Assembly: GCA_963664305.2 (NCBI GenBank)
Contig: CAXXLV010000002.1
Span: 1,600,001-1,664,000, forward strand
DNA: 64,000 nt
Reading direction: 5' to 3'
From: an uncultured Aliarcobacter sp.
Lineage (GTDB): Bacteria > Campylobacterota > Campylobacteria > Campylobacterales > Arcobacteraceae
The notes beneath the pieces are model-generated. The model was not told the origin of the DNA. It saw nothing but the letters and a program-made list of their open reading frames with translations, and searched no databases. The position numbers and the translations under genes are program-made. Below, in pieces: positions 63,465-64,000 of this stretch. Position 1 is the stretch's first letter. The number at the start of each line of letters is the position of its first letter.

Positions 63465-64000
63465 ATTTCACATTTCCTAATTTCAATATTGTTATTTTCC
63501 AAAATAGTCTCTACCATATTTATATTTATATGACCTGTATGTAAAATCAAGATTTTCAATTCTCCTTGATTTATATGTTCTCTATCTTTACTCAAATTCA
63601 AAAGTCTTTTTGCTATTGCATCACCTGTTTCAATTAAAACAACTTCTTCACCCATTATCTTTTTTATAACATTGTCAACTAAAGGATAATGTGTACATCC
63701 AAGAACTATTGTATCTACATTTGATGCTTTCATCGGTTTCAACCAATTTTCTAACATTTCATATGTTTTAGAATTATCAATTTCACCTTTTTCAATTTGT
63801 TCAACTAAACCAATACATGCTTGTTCATAAAGTTTTACTTTTTTTATAGATGATAAATCGTTTACTAAAAGTTGATATTTATCCCCTTTTAATGTTGCAG
63901 GTGTTGCTAGTATTCCTACATTTAAACTTTTTGTATTTAATATTGCAGGTTTAATTCCAGGTTCTGTTCCAATTACAATTAAAAATGGAAATTTTTCTCT
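63461..64000 (-). CDS. murI: Glutamate racemase, 5'-truncated by the window edge
   Basis: Frame stays open to the edge: IGTEPGIKPA, GILATPAT, VLGCTHYP. Confidence 0.93.
   Translation of the reverse strand, partial: REKFPFLIVIGTEPGIKPAILNTKSLNVGILATPATLKGDKYQLLVNDLSSIKKVKLYEQACIGLVEQIEKGEIDNSKTYEMLENWLKPMKASNVDTIVLGCTHYPLVDNVIKKIMGEEVVLIETGDAIAKRLLNLSKDREHINQGELKILILHTGHININMVETILENNNIEIRKCEI

Noticed and set aside
1218..63544. Numerous short antisense or alternate-frame ORFs inside core genes (e.g. 1218-1532, 10365-10697, 39202-39657, 63076-63375)
   Set aside because: Shadow ORFs of well-supported genes with no independent signals.
1..64000. CRISPR arrays, tRNA/rRNA genes, IS elements, prophage genes
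   Set aside because: None recognised by eye anywhere in the window.

Overview
AT-rich bacterial chromosome window; gene content and style point to Campylobacterota, most likely Arcobacteraceae (inference). Most of it is core metabolism: ccsA end, serS, trpS, hisG, coaX, a UbiD-family decarboxylase, a complete nuo operon with gltA inserted between nuoF and nuoG, frdCAB, a dynamin-like pair, copA/copZ, recQ, the 2-methylcitrate operon (prpB-prpC-acnD-prpF) with a divergent regulator, hemC, dnaX and murI. The stand-out is a compact minus-strand cassette at about 43.1-45.2 kb: promoter, an unannotated structured ncRNA of about 128 nt, a SLATT membrane protein and a reverse transcriptase (YVDD, no retron motifs). 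This matches a UG17/DRT10-like defence-associated RT architecture. The ncRNA is closed by a perfect 10-bp stem and has two pseudo-symmetric hairpin-plus-template modules, each with an 11-nt A-B-A' repeat. Its 5' arm can alternatively pair with the SLATT RBS and start codon. Secondary observations: a perfect 75-bp in-frame duplication in a CDF transporter, a candidate anti-SD sRNA, an orphan ZorAB-like pair with an uncalled 43-aa ORF, and candidate operators upstream of prp and frd. All calls come from reading motifs by eye; no database searches were run.
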